This document shows, piece by piece, positions 48,109 through 56,879 of a DNA stretch of 64,000 nucleotides (the stretch's first letter is position 1; the number at the start of each line of letters is the position of its first letter). The notes below the pieces were generated by a model. That model was not told the origin of the DNA. It saw only the letters and a list, made by a program, of their open reading frames with translations, and did no database searches. Both the position numbers and the translations under genes were made by a program. Location: the NCBI GenBank assembly GCA_965215155.1, contig CBDCCY010000004.1, positions 3,870,151 through 3,934,150 of the forward strand, in the 5' to 3' direction. Source of the stretch: Vicinamibacterales bacterium (GTDB lineage: Bacteria > Acidobacteriota > Vicinamibacteria > Vicinamibacterales > UBA8438).

Positions 48109-49137
48109 ATGAGCAATCGCAGTCTGCGCGTCGTCGTGGGCGTCATCGTTTGCCTGGCGCTGGTTCCGGCCGTTGCCGCCGCGCAGCCCGCCGAGGCGCC
48201 CCTGCGGACCGCGTGGGGCGACCCCGACCTGCAGGGGATCTGGAACAACTCCACGCTGACCCCGTTCCAGCGTCCGGCCGAGCTGGGCGCTCAGGAGTTC
48301 CTGACCGAGGAGGAGGCGGCCCGCATCGAGCAGGAGGCGGCGGACCGCAACGTGCGCCTGGCGAACCGTCCCGCGCTTCGCACGGAAGCCGGCGCGAGCG
48401 TCGACCGGGGCATCGACGGCGCGCCCGGCGCCTACAACAACTTCTGGATGGAACGCGGCACGACGGTGCTGCCGACCCGGCGGACGTCGGTCATCACCGA
48501 CCCGCCGAACGGCCGCCTGCCCGCTCTCACGCCGGAACTCGAGGCGTGGATGGCGTCGCCGGAGTGGCGTCACATCGCCGACGTGCGGGGCGGACGCCGG
48601 CCTACCGAGACGTGGGAGCAACTCGACGGCGGCGACCGGTGCCTCTGGTACCGCGGCGTCCCGTCGTTCCCCACCGCCTACAACAACCACTACCAGATCG
48701 TGCAGACCCCGGACGTGGTGGCGATCCTGCAGGAGCACATCCACGACGTCCGCTTCATCCCGATCGACGGACGCCCGCACATCGCCCCCTCCATCCGGCA
48801 GTTCGCCGGAGACTCCCGCGGCAGCTGGGAGGGCGACACCCTGGTGGTGGAGACGACGCACTTCAACCGGCACGCCTTCATCCGCAACTTCGGACCGAAC
48901 CTCAGCCAGGAACTGCACGTCGTCGAGCGCTTCACGCGCCTCGGCCCCGACACGCTCGGCTACGAGTTCACGGTGACCGATCCGAAGACGTGGACGCGGC
49001 CGTGGAGCGGCTCCCTGCCTATGGCGCGCACCGAGGGCCCGGTCTACGAGTACGCCTGCCACGAGGGCAACTACGGGCTGTTCAACATGCTCGCCGGCTC
49101 GCGCGCGCAGGAGCGGGCGGCCGGGGAGACGCCGTAG
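48109..49137 (+). CDS. Hypothetical exported protein
   Basis: A clear signal peptide (MSNRSLRVVVGVIVCLALVPAVAAA), a non-repetitive sequence ending in ..VYEYACHEGNYGLFNMLAG, and an aggagg RBS. I recognise no family. Confidence 0.5.
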   Translation: MSNRSLRVVVGVIVCLALVPAVAAAQPAEAPLRTAWGDPDLQGIWNNSTLTPFQRPAELGAQEFLTEEEAARIEQEAADRNVRLANRPALRTEAGASVDRGIDGAPGAYNNFWMERGTTVLPTRRTSVITDPPNGRLPALTPELEAWMASPEWRHIADVRGGRRPTETWEQLDGGDRCLWYRGVPSFPTAYNNHYQIVQTPDVVAILQEHIHDVRFIPIDGRPHIAPSIRQFAGDSRGSWEGDTLVVETTHFNRHAFIRNFGPNLSQELHVVERFTRLGPDTLGYEFTVTDPKTWTRPWSGSLPMARTEGPVYEYACHEGNYGLFNMLAGSRAQERAAGETP

Positions 49138-49187
49138 CGCCCGCCCGCGGGTGGCCGATCGTCATGGCGTTCGCGGTATCCCCGGGT

Positions 49188-51146
49188 CTACGGCGCCTGC
49201 ACGCGCGGCGCGACCTGCAGCACGAGGTGCGACGGGTGCAGGTCGTCGTGAAGCACGCGCTGGGTGGCCGGCTCCAGGTCGGCCCCTTCGCCGAAGACGG
49301 TCGCGGTGTTGGGGTTGCGGTCGAAATGGGGGAAGTTCGACGAGCTGATCTCCAGGCGAATGCGGTGGCCGCGGCGGAAGACGGTGGCCGTGTAGCCGAG
49401 GTCGATCGTGTAGTCGTGGACCGCTCCCGGCGTGAGCCACGATTCCAGGTGGTCGGAGTTCCGGAAGCGCGCCCGGATGATCCCCTCGGAGACGTTGTGG
49501 GCGTAGCCGTCGAGGTGCACGTCGACCAGCTTGGCGGTGAAGTCGGTGTCGGGGGCTGACGACGCCGCCCACAGCTCGACCCGCACCGGGCCGATGACGG
49601 TCAGGTCGTCCTCGAGCGGTTCGCTGGTGTAGACGAGGACGTCGCCGCGGCGCTCCACCCCGCGCTGGTCGAAGGCCCCCGACGCCAGCATGTCGTTGCG
49701 GCAGCACATGTTGCCGCCGACGGTCGAAACCGGCTCGCGCGGATCGTAGACATAGCGGTCGGCCGGACCGGCGGGGCCGTCAGCTACGAGCGCGCCGTCA
49801 CCGGCGAGCGAGTTGGCGTGGCCGCCGCTCCGCAGGTAGAGGCGGGTCTCGACCGTGCCCGGCGGCGGGAACTCGTCCGCCGTCACCCAGAACCCGCCGC
49901 CGGCCGTGCCCTCGTCCGGCGGGGTCATGACGAAGAGCCGGACCGGTGGATCGTCGGCGACGCCGTTGTCGATCCCCTTCAGCCAGTAATCGAACCAGCG
50001 CACCCAGGCCGCGTTGAGGTCGAACGCGTTGTCCGGGCCGAAGTCAATCTCCCCCGCCGTCGTGTCGGCGGGGCAGGCGTGGCAGAGCGCGCGCATGACG
50101 AGCTGCGTGCCGCTCCGCGCCGCCTCCGAGCCGGCCTCCTCGCGCATCCCGAGGAAGTTGCGGACCGTTCCCTCCTGGAAGACGTCGTACCAGCCGCCGG
50201 TGATGAGCGCGGGCACCTGGATGCGCGGGTACTTCGTCTCGACGTCGAGCGCGCCCCAGTAGTCGTCGTAGGCGGGCCGGGCGAGCCATTCGTCGTAGTA
50301 GGCGGCGATGTTGCCGTTGCGCCGGAACCCGGTGAAGTCCTTGAGCGGCACCTGCCACAGCCAGTCGTCGAGGAGCCCCGCACGCCCCTCGGCGACGAAC
50401 GCCTCGACCTCCTGCAGCACCTGCTCCCGCGGCATCCCGGCCGCCTCGAGCCGCCGCTGCAGCGTGTCGGGGGCCAGCGTCTGCGCGGTCCAGCTCTGCG
50501 CGAACCAGAGGTCGAAGGCACCCCCCTGGTAGGTCCAGCCCTTATGGTAGTCGGACGAGCTGTAGTGCGGCGCGATGGCCACCAGGTGCGGCGGCTGCTC
50601 GACGGCGGCCTGCCACTGCGTCAGCCCTACGTAGGAGCCGCCGACCATGCCGACCTTGCCGTTCGACCACGGCTGGGCGGCGGCCCACTCCACCGCGTCG
50701 TAGCCGTCACGGGCCTCCTGCCGCATGGCGTCGAACTCGCCTTCGGAGCGGTAACGGCCTCTCGTGTCCTGGTTGAGCGTGGCGTAGCCGCGCGCCGCGA
50801 AGTAGGTCCCGACCGTCGCATCGCAGTCCGTCCCGGGGGCGGGAGAGCGGCGGTTGTAGGGCGTTCGCTGCAGGATGACCGGGAACGGGCCCTCACCCGG
50901 CGGGAGATACACCTCGGTCGCCAGGCGAACGCCGTCCCGCATCGGCGCCTGCTCGATGCGGCAGGTGACGCCGGAGGAATCGTGCGGCGAGGCCTGGCTC
51001 GCAGCAGCGGCCGCCGCCGGTGCGGCCAGCGTCGGCGTCAGGATCAGCCCGGCCACGACTCCGGCCGCTCCGGCGAGGGCCGCGAGCGACCCGGCCGCGG
51101 GCGTCGCCGACGCCACCCCGTGCTCCGCAACGTTTCGCGTTCCCAT
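49188..51146 (-). CDS. CocE/NonD-family hydrolase (X-Pro dipeptidyl-peptidase S15-like)
   Basis: APMRDGVRLATEVYLPPGEGPFPVILQRTPYNR, the serine elbow VGMVGGSYVG, and a C-terminal beta-sandwich (PepX_C-like). Confidence 0.85.
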   Translation of the reverse strand: MGTRNVAEHGVASATPAAGSLAALAGAAGVVAGLILTPTLAAPAAAAAASQASPHDSSGVTCRIEQAPMRDGVRLATEVYLPPGEGPFPVILQRTPYNRRSPAPGTDCDATVGTYFAARGYATLNQDTRGRYRSEGEFDAMRQEARDGYDAVEWAAAQPWSNGKVGMVGGSYVGLTQWQAAVEQPPHLVAIAPHYSSSDYHKGWTYQGGAFDLWFAQSWTAQTLAPDTLQRRLEAAGMPREQVLQEVEAFVAEGRAGLLDDWLWQVPLKDFTGFRRNGNIAAYYDEWLARPAYDDYWGALDVETKYPRIQVPALITGGWYDVFQEGTVRNFLGMREEAGSEAARSGTQLVMRALCHACPADTTAGEIDFGPDNAFDLNAAWVRWFDYWLKGIDNGVADDPPVRLFVMTPPDEGTAGGGFWVTADEFPPPGTVETRLYLRSGGHANSLAGDGALVADGPAGPADRYVYDPREPVSTVGGNMCCRNDMLASGAFDQRGVERRGDVLVYTSEPLEDDLTVIGPVRVELWAASSAPDTDFTAKLVDVHLDGYAHNVSEGIIRARFRNSDHLESWLTPGAVHDYTIDLGYTATVFRRGHRIRLEISSSNFPHFDRNPNTATVFGEGADLEPATQRVLHDDLHPSHLVLQVAPRVQAP

Positions 51147-51293
51147 TGTCGCCTCCCCTGACGGACGCCTCCGGCCGGAGGCGCGCGACTATCCCCGCCC
51201 CTCTGCGCGAACACCGCCCATTGCGGCCCGCTGCGTCGGCGAGGCCGGCGCCCACCGACGCATCGCTGGCGCGAGACTCCTGCCGCACACGCG

Positions 51294-51680
51294 CTACGGC
51301 GCAGCCTCCTGGACGAGGCGCAGGCCCTCGCCGATGATAGCGCGCAGGAACGGGTCGCCGACGCGGCGCCGACGCTCGAAGGCCTCCGCCCTCATGACGA
51401 TCGGCTCCCCCGGAAGGGTCGTGCGCCGCAGCACCTCGCCGACCTGATCGAAGACGCGGCCCGGCAGATCGCCGACCACCAGCAAGTCTATGTCGCTGTG
51501 TGTGACGATGCTCGTCCGCCCCCGTGCGTAGAGCAGGGCCTCGAGCGCCTTCTCCCCCGCCTGCTGCGCCTGGAAGCAGGCCCACTCGTGGTGTCCGGTC
51601 GCGGCGCTGTCCTCGGCGGCGGCCAGATCCGCGCGCGCCTGCGCGAGCCAGGTTCGCCCCACGAGACCCCGGCCTGCCAT
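51294..51680 (-). CDS. In-frame HEPN-nucleotidyltransferase chimera, probably a decayed toxin-antitoxin remnant
   Basis: Residues about 10-54 (WLAQARADLAAAE..HHEWACFQAQQAGEKALEALLYARG) align with the N-terminus of the HEPN protein at 56393-56782. The remainder (SDIDLLVVGDLP...) aligns with the DxD-onward part of the nucleotidyltransferase at 56074-56442. The HEPN Rx4H motif and the nucleotidyltransferase GS motif are both absent. Confidence 0.6.
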   Translation of the reverse strand: MAGRGLVGRTWLAQARADLAAAEDSAATGHHEWACFQAQQAGEKALEALLYARGRTSIVTHSDIDLLVVGDLPGRVFDQVGEVLRRTTLPGEPIVMRAEAFERRRRVGDPFLRAIIGEGLRLVQEAAP

Positions 51681-51788
51681 TCCCTACGATGACATGGCGA
51701 GCGTTTCCGGAACAGCGCCGGCCGAGGCGGCCGAACACGGACGGCGGCGCGGTCGCCACCTCGCGCAGTCGAAGCCCGCGGCAGCGGA

Positions 51789-51823
51789 GGCTGCTGCGTC
51801 CCGATGGGGGCGCGACCCTGCCG
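51789..51823. repeat. Relic duplicate of the last 11 codons of the adjacent acyl-CoA synthetase gene
   Basis: 51789-51823 matches 51861-51895 at 32 of 35 positions (offset 72 bp). The relic would encode RQGRAPIGTQQ, against RQGRAAIGTQ* at the true gene end. Confidence 0.75.
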
Positions 51824-51862
51824 CCTGACGGCGTCGGACGTCGAGCAGCGCAGAAGATGGGG

Positions 51863-53455
51863 CTACTGCGTCCCGATGGCGGCGCGGCCCTGCCGGAGCA
51901 CGTACTTCTGGATCTTGCCGGTCGCCGTCTTGGGCAACTGCTCGACGAACGACACCTTGCGCGGCGCCTTGAAGTGCGCCATGTGGTCGCGGGCGTAGGC
52001 GATGATGTCGTCGGCGCCGCACGCCGCGCCGTCGTTCAGCACGACGAAGGCGTGCGGCGTCTCGCCCCAGCGCTCGTCGGGGACGCCGACGACGGCGATC
52101 TCGCGTACCGCGGGGTGGCGCATCAGCACCCCCTCGACCTCGACCGACGAGATGTTCTCGCCGCCGCTGATGATGACGTCCTTGAAGCGGTCGCGGATCT
52201 CCAGGTAGCCGTCCGGGTGCACGACGGCGGCGTCCCCGCTCCGGAACCATCCGCCGCGCATCGCCTTCGCGGTGGCGTCCGGGTCGTTGTAGTAACCCGC
52301 CATGACGACGTTGCCGCGCACGACGATCTCGCCGAGCGTGGCGCCGTCCCGCGGCACGTCGGCGTCGTTGTCGTCGACGACGCGCAGCTCACCCGAGGTG
52401 ACGAGCTCGACGCCCTGCCGGGCCTTGATCGTCGCCCGCTCGGCGGCGGGGCGTGCCCGGTGGTCGGGCCGGGGCTCGCAGACGGTGATGAACGGCGCCG
52501 TCTCGGTGAGGCCGTAGACGTGGATGAGCTCCCACCCGAACTCGTCCTCTACCCGCTGGATGGTGGCGGCGGCGGGCGGGGCCCCTGCCGTCATCACCTT
52601 GACGCCCCGGCGCACCTCTCCCCGGTCGCCGGGCGGCGCCGTCGCCAGCATGATCAGCACCGTCGGCGCCGCGCAGAGGTGCGTCACCGACTCGTCGCGC
52701 AGCAGGCGGAACGCCAGGGCCGGATCGATCGCCCGGAGGCAGACGTGCGCGCCGCCCACCGCGGTCACCGTCCACGTGAACGTCCAGCCGTTCGCGTGGA
52801 ACATGGGCAGCGTCCACAGGTAGCGGGCCTCGCACGTCATCGGCCAGTGGATGAGCGTCCCGACGACGTTCATGTACGCGTTGCGATGGGTGATCATCAC
52901 GCCCTTCGGGCGCGACGTGGTGCCGCTGGTGTAGTTGATGGTCAGCAGATCGTTCTCGTCGATCGCCGGCGCGTCGAAGGCGGGCTCTTCGGCTGCGGCG
53001 AGCGTCTCGTAGTCGAGCCACCCGTCGCGCTCCCCTTCGAGTGCCACGCGGTGGACGAGATCCGGACACGACGCCCGCACGCCGTCGACGGCCTCCAGGT
53101 AGTCGGCGTGCGCGCAGACCACCTTCGCGCCGCTGTGCCGGATGATGTAGGCGATCTCGTCCGCGGTGAGCCGGAAGTTGATGGGGACGAGGACGGCCCC
53201 GATCTGCGGCACGGCATAGAACGACTCGAGTTGCGCGTGCGTGTTGGGCGAGAGGTAGGCCACCCGGTCGCCCTTGGCCACCCCGAGCCGCTGCAGCGCG
53301 GCCGACCAGCGGTCGCAGCGCGTGAAGAAGTCCGCGTAGGTGAACCGGGATGGGCCGTCGACCACCGCCTCGCGATCCGGATACAGCGTGCGGGCGCGGC
53401 GCAGGAACTCCAGCGGAGTCAGGGGCGTTTCCACGATGGCCCCGGATGATACCAT
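51863..53455 (-). CDS. AMP-dependent acyl-CoA synthetase/ligase
   Basis: AMP-binding motifs INYTSGTTSRPKGV, YGLTE, GWFRSGD and the C-terminal LPKTATGKIQK. The ATG at 53455 was verified. Confidence 0.85.
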   Translation of the reverse strand: MVSSGAIVETPLTPLEFLRRARTLYPDREAVVDGPSRFTYADFFTRCDRWSAALQRLGVAKGDRVAYLSPNTHAQLESFYAVPQIGAVLVPINFRLTADEIAYIIRHSGAKVVCAHADYLEAVDGVRASCPDLVHRVALEGERDGWLDYETLAAAEEPAFDAPAIDENDLLTINYTSGTTSRPKGVMITHRNAYMNVVGTLIHWPMTCEARYLWTLPMFHANGWTFTWTVTAVGGAHVCLRAIDPALAFRLLRDESVTHLCAAPTVLIMLATAPPGDRGEVRRGVKVMTAGAPPAAATIQRVEDEFGWELIHVYGLTETAPFITVCEPRPDHRARPAAERATIKARQGVELVTSGELRVVDDNDADVPRDGATLGEIVVRGNVVMAGYYNDPDATAKAMRGGWFRSGDAAVVHPDGYLEIRDRFKDVIISGGENISSVEVEGVLMRHPAVREIAVVGVPDERWGETPHAFVVLNDGAACGADDIIAYARDHMAHFKAPRKVSFVEQLPKTATGKIQKYVLRQGRAAIGTQ

Positions 53456-53550
53456 GCGGTCCGCGGCTGTTTCCGGGGGTGCGTCGGGCGGCGGCCTCGC
53501 CCGGCGGGCCGGCGCGGAATCCGAACTCACGGCTCCGGACGGGGTGCGCG

Positions 53551-55005
53551 ATGACCTTCGTATCCGCTCTCGAACCGCATGCGCTCTGGACCCACTTCGA
53601 CACCATCCTGACGATCCCGCGCGCCTCGAAGGATGAGGGACGGATGCGGGCCCACGTCATCGCCCTCGCCGAGCGCGCCGGCTGCAGCCACGTCGTCGAC
53701 GGAGCGGGGAACGTGATCGTGCGCAAGCCCGCCGCCCCGGGGCACGAGGTGTCGCCGGTGACGATCCTGCAGTCGCATCTCGACATGGTGCAGGAGAAGA
53801 ACGCGGACGTCGCCCACGACTTCGCCACCGACGCCATCGTGCCGCAGCGGGCCGGCGAGTACCTGACGGCGACCGGCACGACGCTCGGCTCGGACAACGG
53901 CATCGGCGTCGCCACGATGCTCGCCGTCCTGGAGGCCGACGACCTGATTCACGGACCGCTCGAGCTGCTGTTCACGATCGACGAGGAGACCGGCTTGACC
54001 GGCGCCGCGCAGCTCGACGGCAGCCTCCTCGCCGGTCGCCGCCTGATCAACCTCGACTCCGAAGAGGAGGGGTGCCTGTACGTCGGCTGCGCCGGCGGCG
54101 GGGAGACGCGCATCGAGCTCGGCGTGCAGGCGGCGCCGGCCGGCGGCGGCGAACGGACGGTGACGCTGGCCCTGACCGGTCTCAAGGGGGGCCACTCCGG
54201 CTGCGACATCCATCTGCAGCGCGGAAACGCCGTCTGCCTGCTGGCGCGCGCCCTCTGGGCAGCGCACACCGACACGCCGTTCCGCCTCGCGCGCCTCGAG
54301 GGCGGGAGCGCCCACAACGCCATTCCGCGCGAGGCGTTCGCGACGGTCGTCGTGGCAGGGGACGACGCCCGGGAGCGCGTGATCGCGGCGATCGAGGCGG
54401 AGTTCGCGGCGATCCGGGACGAATACCGGCCGGCCGATCCCGGCATGGCGCTCGCCGTCCGCGACGGTAGCGGCGCAGGCCGCGCCTGGGCGCCGGAGAC
54501 CACGGCCACCGTGCTCCGGCTGATCGCCAGCCTGCCGCACGGCGTCGAGGCGATGAGCTACGACATTCCGGACCTCGTGGAGACGAGCAACAACGTCGCC
54601 ACGGTTCGCGCCGCCAACGGCTCGCTGGTGATTACGACCAGCTCCCGGTCGTCGGCCGACGCGGAGCTCGAAGCCCTGCGCCGCCGCATCCGCGCCACGG
54701 CGGAGCTCGCCGGCGCCGTGGTCGACGCGGCTCCCGCCTATCCCGGGTGGAAGCCCGACCTCGATTCGCAACTGCTCGAGGTCGCGAAGGGCGTCCACAC
54801 CCGCGAGATCGGCGCGGAGCCCGAGGTCAAGGCGATTCACGCCGGGCTCGAATGCGGCATCATCGGCAAGAAGATCCCGGGCATGGACATGATCTCCTTC
54901 GGGCCGGTCATCGAGTTCCCGCACTCGCCCGACGAACGGGTCCATATCGACTCCGTGGGGCGCTTCTACCGCCTGCTGACAGCGACCCTCGCGGCGCTGG
55001 CGTAG
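53551..55005 (+). CDS. pepD: Aminoacyl-histidine (Xaa-His) dipeptidase, M20 family
   Basis: LWTHFDTILTIPRASKDEGRMRAHV...ILQSHLDMVQEKN...GTTLGSDNGIGVA...FTIDEETGLTGA is the canonical PepD sequence, at the typical 484-aa length. Confidence 0.9.
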   Translation: MTFVSALEPHALWTHFDTILTIPRASKDEGRMRAHVIALAERAGCSHVVDGAGNVIVRKPAAPGHEVSPVTILQSHLDMVQEKNADVAHDFATDAIVPQRAGEYLTATGTTLGSDNGIGVATMLAVLEADDLIHGPLELLFTIDEETGLTGAAQLDGSLLAGRRLINLDSEEEGCLYVGCAGGGETRIELGVQAAPAGGGERTVTLALTGLKGGHSGCDIHLQRGNAVCLLARALWAAHTDTPFRLARLEGGSAHNAIPREAFATVVVAGDDARERVIAAIEAEFAAIRDEYRPADPGMALAVRDGSGAGRAWAPETTATVLRLIASLPHGVEAMSYDIPDLVETSNNVATVRAANGSLVITTSSRSSADAELEALRRRIRATAELAGAVVDAAPAYPGWKPDLDSQLLEVAKGVHTREIGAEPEVKAIHAGLECGIIGKKIPGMDMISFGPVIEFPHSPDERVHIDSVGRFYRLLTATLAALA

Positions 55006-55105
55006 TTCATGCGGCGGCGGCCACCCCTCCGCGGGTGTCCACGCCGTGCGCCGTTGGGCTCTTGGCTATCTGCTTCGGGGACGTCAGGCCCGAAACGTCG
55101 TCTCG

Positions 55106-55639
55106 CTATCCGCGGACGTCCTCGTCACCTGACGGAGTTGCACCGGAGACGTGCAGGGCCATGCAGACGACGTCGTCGGCGACGCCGTCGAGCAGGCGAG
55201 CGCCGCGCTTGAGCCCTTCCCGGACGAAGCCGGTCTTCTCGAAGACGTGGACGGCGCGCGTGTTCGAGGCGAACACCTCCAGCTCGATCCGGCTGATCCC
55301 CGCTGCCGCGGCCGCCTCGATCGTTCGCGCCAGCAACGTCGGTCCGAGCCCGCGCTCGCGATAGGCGCGCAGGAGGCCGACGCCGAGCGTGCCGACGTGA
55401 CGGAACCCCTCGAATGGGTTGCGCCGGATATCGCACCAGCCGGCGACGCTGTCGTCGTCGGCAACCGCTACCAGCTGCACGCCTCCGCCGGCGACGATGC
55501 CGCGGGCGAACTGCCGGACCTCGTCGAGAGAAAAGCCCTCGACGGTGCCCAGGTAGCGCCGTTCCCGCGCGACCTCCTCGATCGCTCGGCAGAGGCCTCC
55601 GAGGTACGCCTCGGACACCGGCTCGATCCGTACGGACAT
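55106..55639 (-). CDS. GNAT-family N-acetyltransferase
   Basis: Acetyl-CoA binding segment LRAYRERGLGPTLLARTIEAAAAAGISRIELEVFASNTRAVHVFEKTGF. The ATG at 55639 was verified. Confidence 0.8.
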   Translation of the reverse strand: MSVRIEPVSEAYLGGLCRAIEEVARERRYLGTVEGFSLDEVRQFARGIVAGGGVQLVAVADDDSVAGWCDIRRNPFEGFRHVGTLGVGLLRAYRERGLGPTLLARTIEAAAAAGISRIELEVFASNTRAVHVFEKTGFVREGLKRGARLLDGVADDVVCMALHVSGATPSGDEDVRG

Positions 55640-55774
55640 GCCTCGTCTCCCGCTTCGCCTCCCGCGCTCATTGACAGCCGGCGTCACTCGAGAAGGCACC
55701 GGGTGGCGATCACGACGCCGACCGCGGCCAGGGCCAACTGACCATCCCCTTCACGAACAGGAGTTCTCGGGCCG

Positions 55775-56005
55775 TCAACGCGCACGGGACAGAACGGAAT
55801 CCCGAGCCAGATGCAGCGCGGCCAGCGCCTGCTGCTTCGAGACCGACGGGAACTGATCGAGAAACTGGTCGAGCGCCTCTCCCGCTTCCGGGTAATCGAA
55901 CAATCCCCGGACCGGCACCCGCGTGCCGCGGAAAACCGGAATGCCCCCGGAGATTTCCGGATCACTGTGGACGACAGGAAACGCGTCAACCATCCGAACC
56001 ATCAT
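55775..56005 (-). CDS. DUF433 domain protein (antitoxin-like HTH)
   Basis: DPEISGGIPVFRGTRVPVRGLFDY matches the DUF433 core (P.I.GG.P...GTR.PV). Several in-frame ATGs lie between 55993 and 56005. Confidence 0.7.
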   Translation of the reverse strand: MMVRMVDAFPVVHSDPEISGGIPVFRGTRVPVRGLFDYPEAGEALDQFLDQFPSVSKQQALAALHLARDSVLSRAR

Positions 56006-56073
56006 ACGTCACCGATCTGACCGCGGCGCTCCCCTTCAGCCGACCAACCGGCAGATGGTGCCGACGGCACGAA

Positions 56074-56442
56074 TCACGCCGGCCGACCCACGACCCAGAC
56101 CGCTTCCGTCGCGAGCGTCGCGGCGAACCGGCTTCCCTCATTCTGCAGCGATTTCCATTCGGCGGCGGTGTACACCAGCAGGTCCACCGGCACGGGCAGG
56201 GTGTCGGTCGGCCAGTCGCGGGCGCGCCCGATGAACGGAAGGGTGCTCCGTCGCACGATGGCGACGAGGTCGAGATCGCTGCCGAAACCGGCATCGCCTC
56301 GCGCATAGGAGCCGAAGTAGCCGAGCGCGCTCAGCTCCGGTCGCGTCTCCGACTGTGTATGCGACCAGACGCGCAGCGCGTCGAGTACGTGGTCAGCGGT
56401 CGGCCAGCGCTTGACGCACGAAGCCGAGGATGTCAGCGGCAT
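56074..56442 (-). CDS. Nucleotidyltransferase (MNT-like)
   Basis: YFGSYARGDAGFGSDLDLVAIV (GS...DxD). The ATG at 56442 overlaps the upstream HEPN gene by 50 nt. Confidence 0.75.
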   Translation of the reverse strand: MPLTSSASCVKRWPTADHVLDALRVWSHTQSETRPELSALGYFGSYARGDAGFGSDLDLVAIVRRSTLPFIGRARDWPTDTLPVPVDLLVYTAAEWKSLQNEGSRFAATLATEAVWVVGRPA

Positions 56443-56782
56443 AGCTCAGTCCCTGATCACTCTGCAGCGGGCCATAGTGTTCGAAGGACGGCCCGTCGGG
56501 GTGCCCGTTCGGATAGCGCGCCGGCACGTAGAAGGTGTCCAGCACGGTCGCGCGGGCGACGAGGTCCGCCGGCGCGCCGTCCGGCAACTGCTTCAGGAGG
56601 CGCGCGACGACGTGCCCCCACGCCTCCTGTCCGCGCGCCAGGTGCAGAGCCTTCACCGCCTTCTCCGCCGCCTGGTGAGCGGCGAAGCAGGACCAGTCGT
56701 GGCGTCCGTCTCGCCGCGACGCAGCCGCCTGCTCGAGATCGTGCTCCGCCTGGGCGAGCCAGTCCTTCCAGCGCTGAGCCAT
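56393..56782 (-). CDS. HEPN domain protein with an intact Rx4H motif
   Basis: WLAQAEHDLEQAA...WSCFAAHQAAEKAVKALHL...FYVPARYPNGH (R-x4-H). The ATG at 56782 was verified. Confidence 0.8.
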   Translation of the reverse strand: MAQRWKDWLAQAEHDLEQAAASRRDGRHDWSCFAAHQAAEKAVKALHLARGQEAWGHVVARLLKQLPDGAPADLVARATVLDTFYVPARYPNGHPDGPSFEHYGPLQSDQGLSYAADILGFVRQALADR

Positions 56783-56879
56783 GGTGCCCGCTACCGCTTC
56801 GGACCCACCCTCTCCGCGAGGCCCTGCGCGGCGCTCCCCGGGGGCAGACGATGGCCTCTCATCCGGGTGCTGCCGCTCT

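Noticed and set aside
55640-55774. A possible degraded PIN/DUF5615 toxin gene downstream of the DUF433 gene.
   Set aside because: The only frame open here (part of ORF 55684-55989) overlaps the DUF433 gene out of frame. Its translation (..REGDGQLALAAVGVVIATRCLLE) shows no resemblance to the DUF5615 N-terminus, and the space available is too short.
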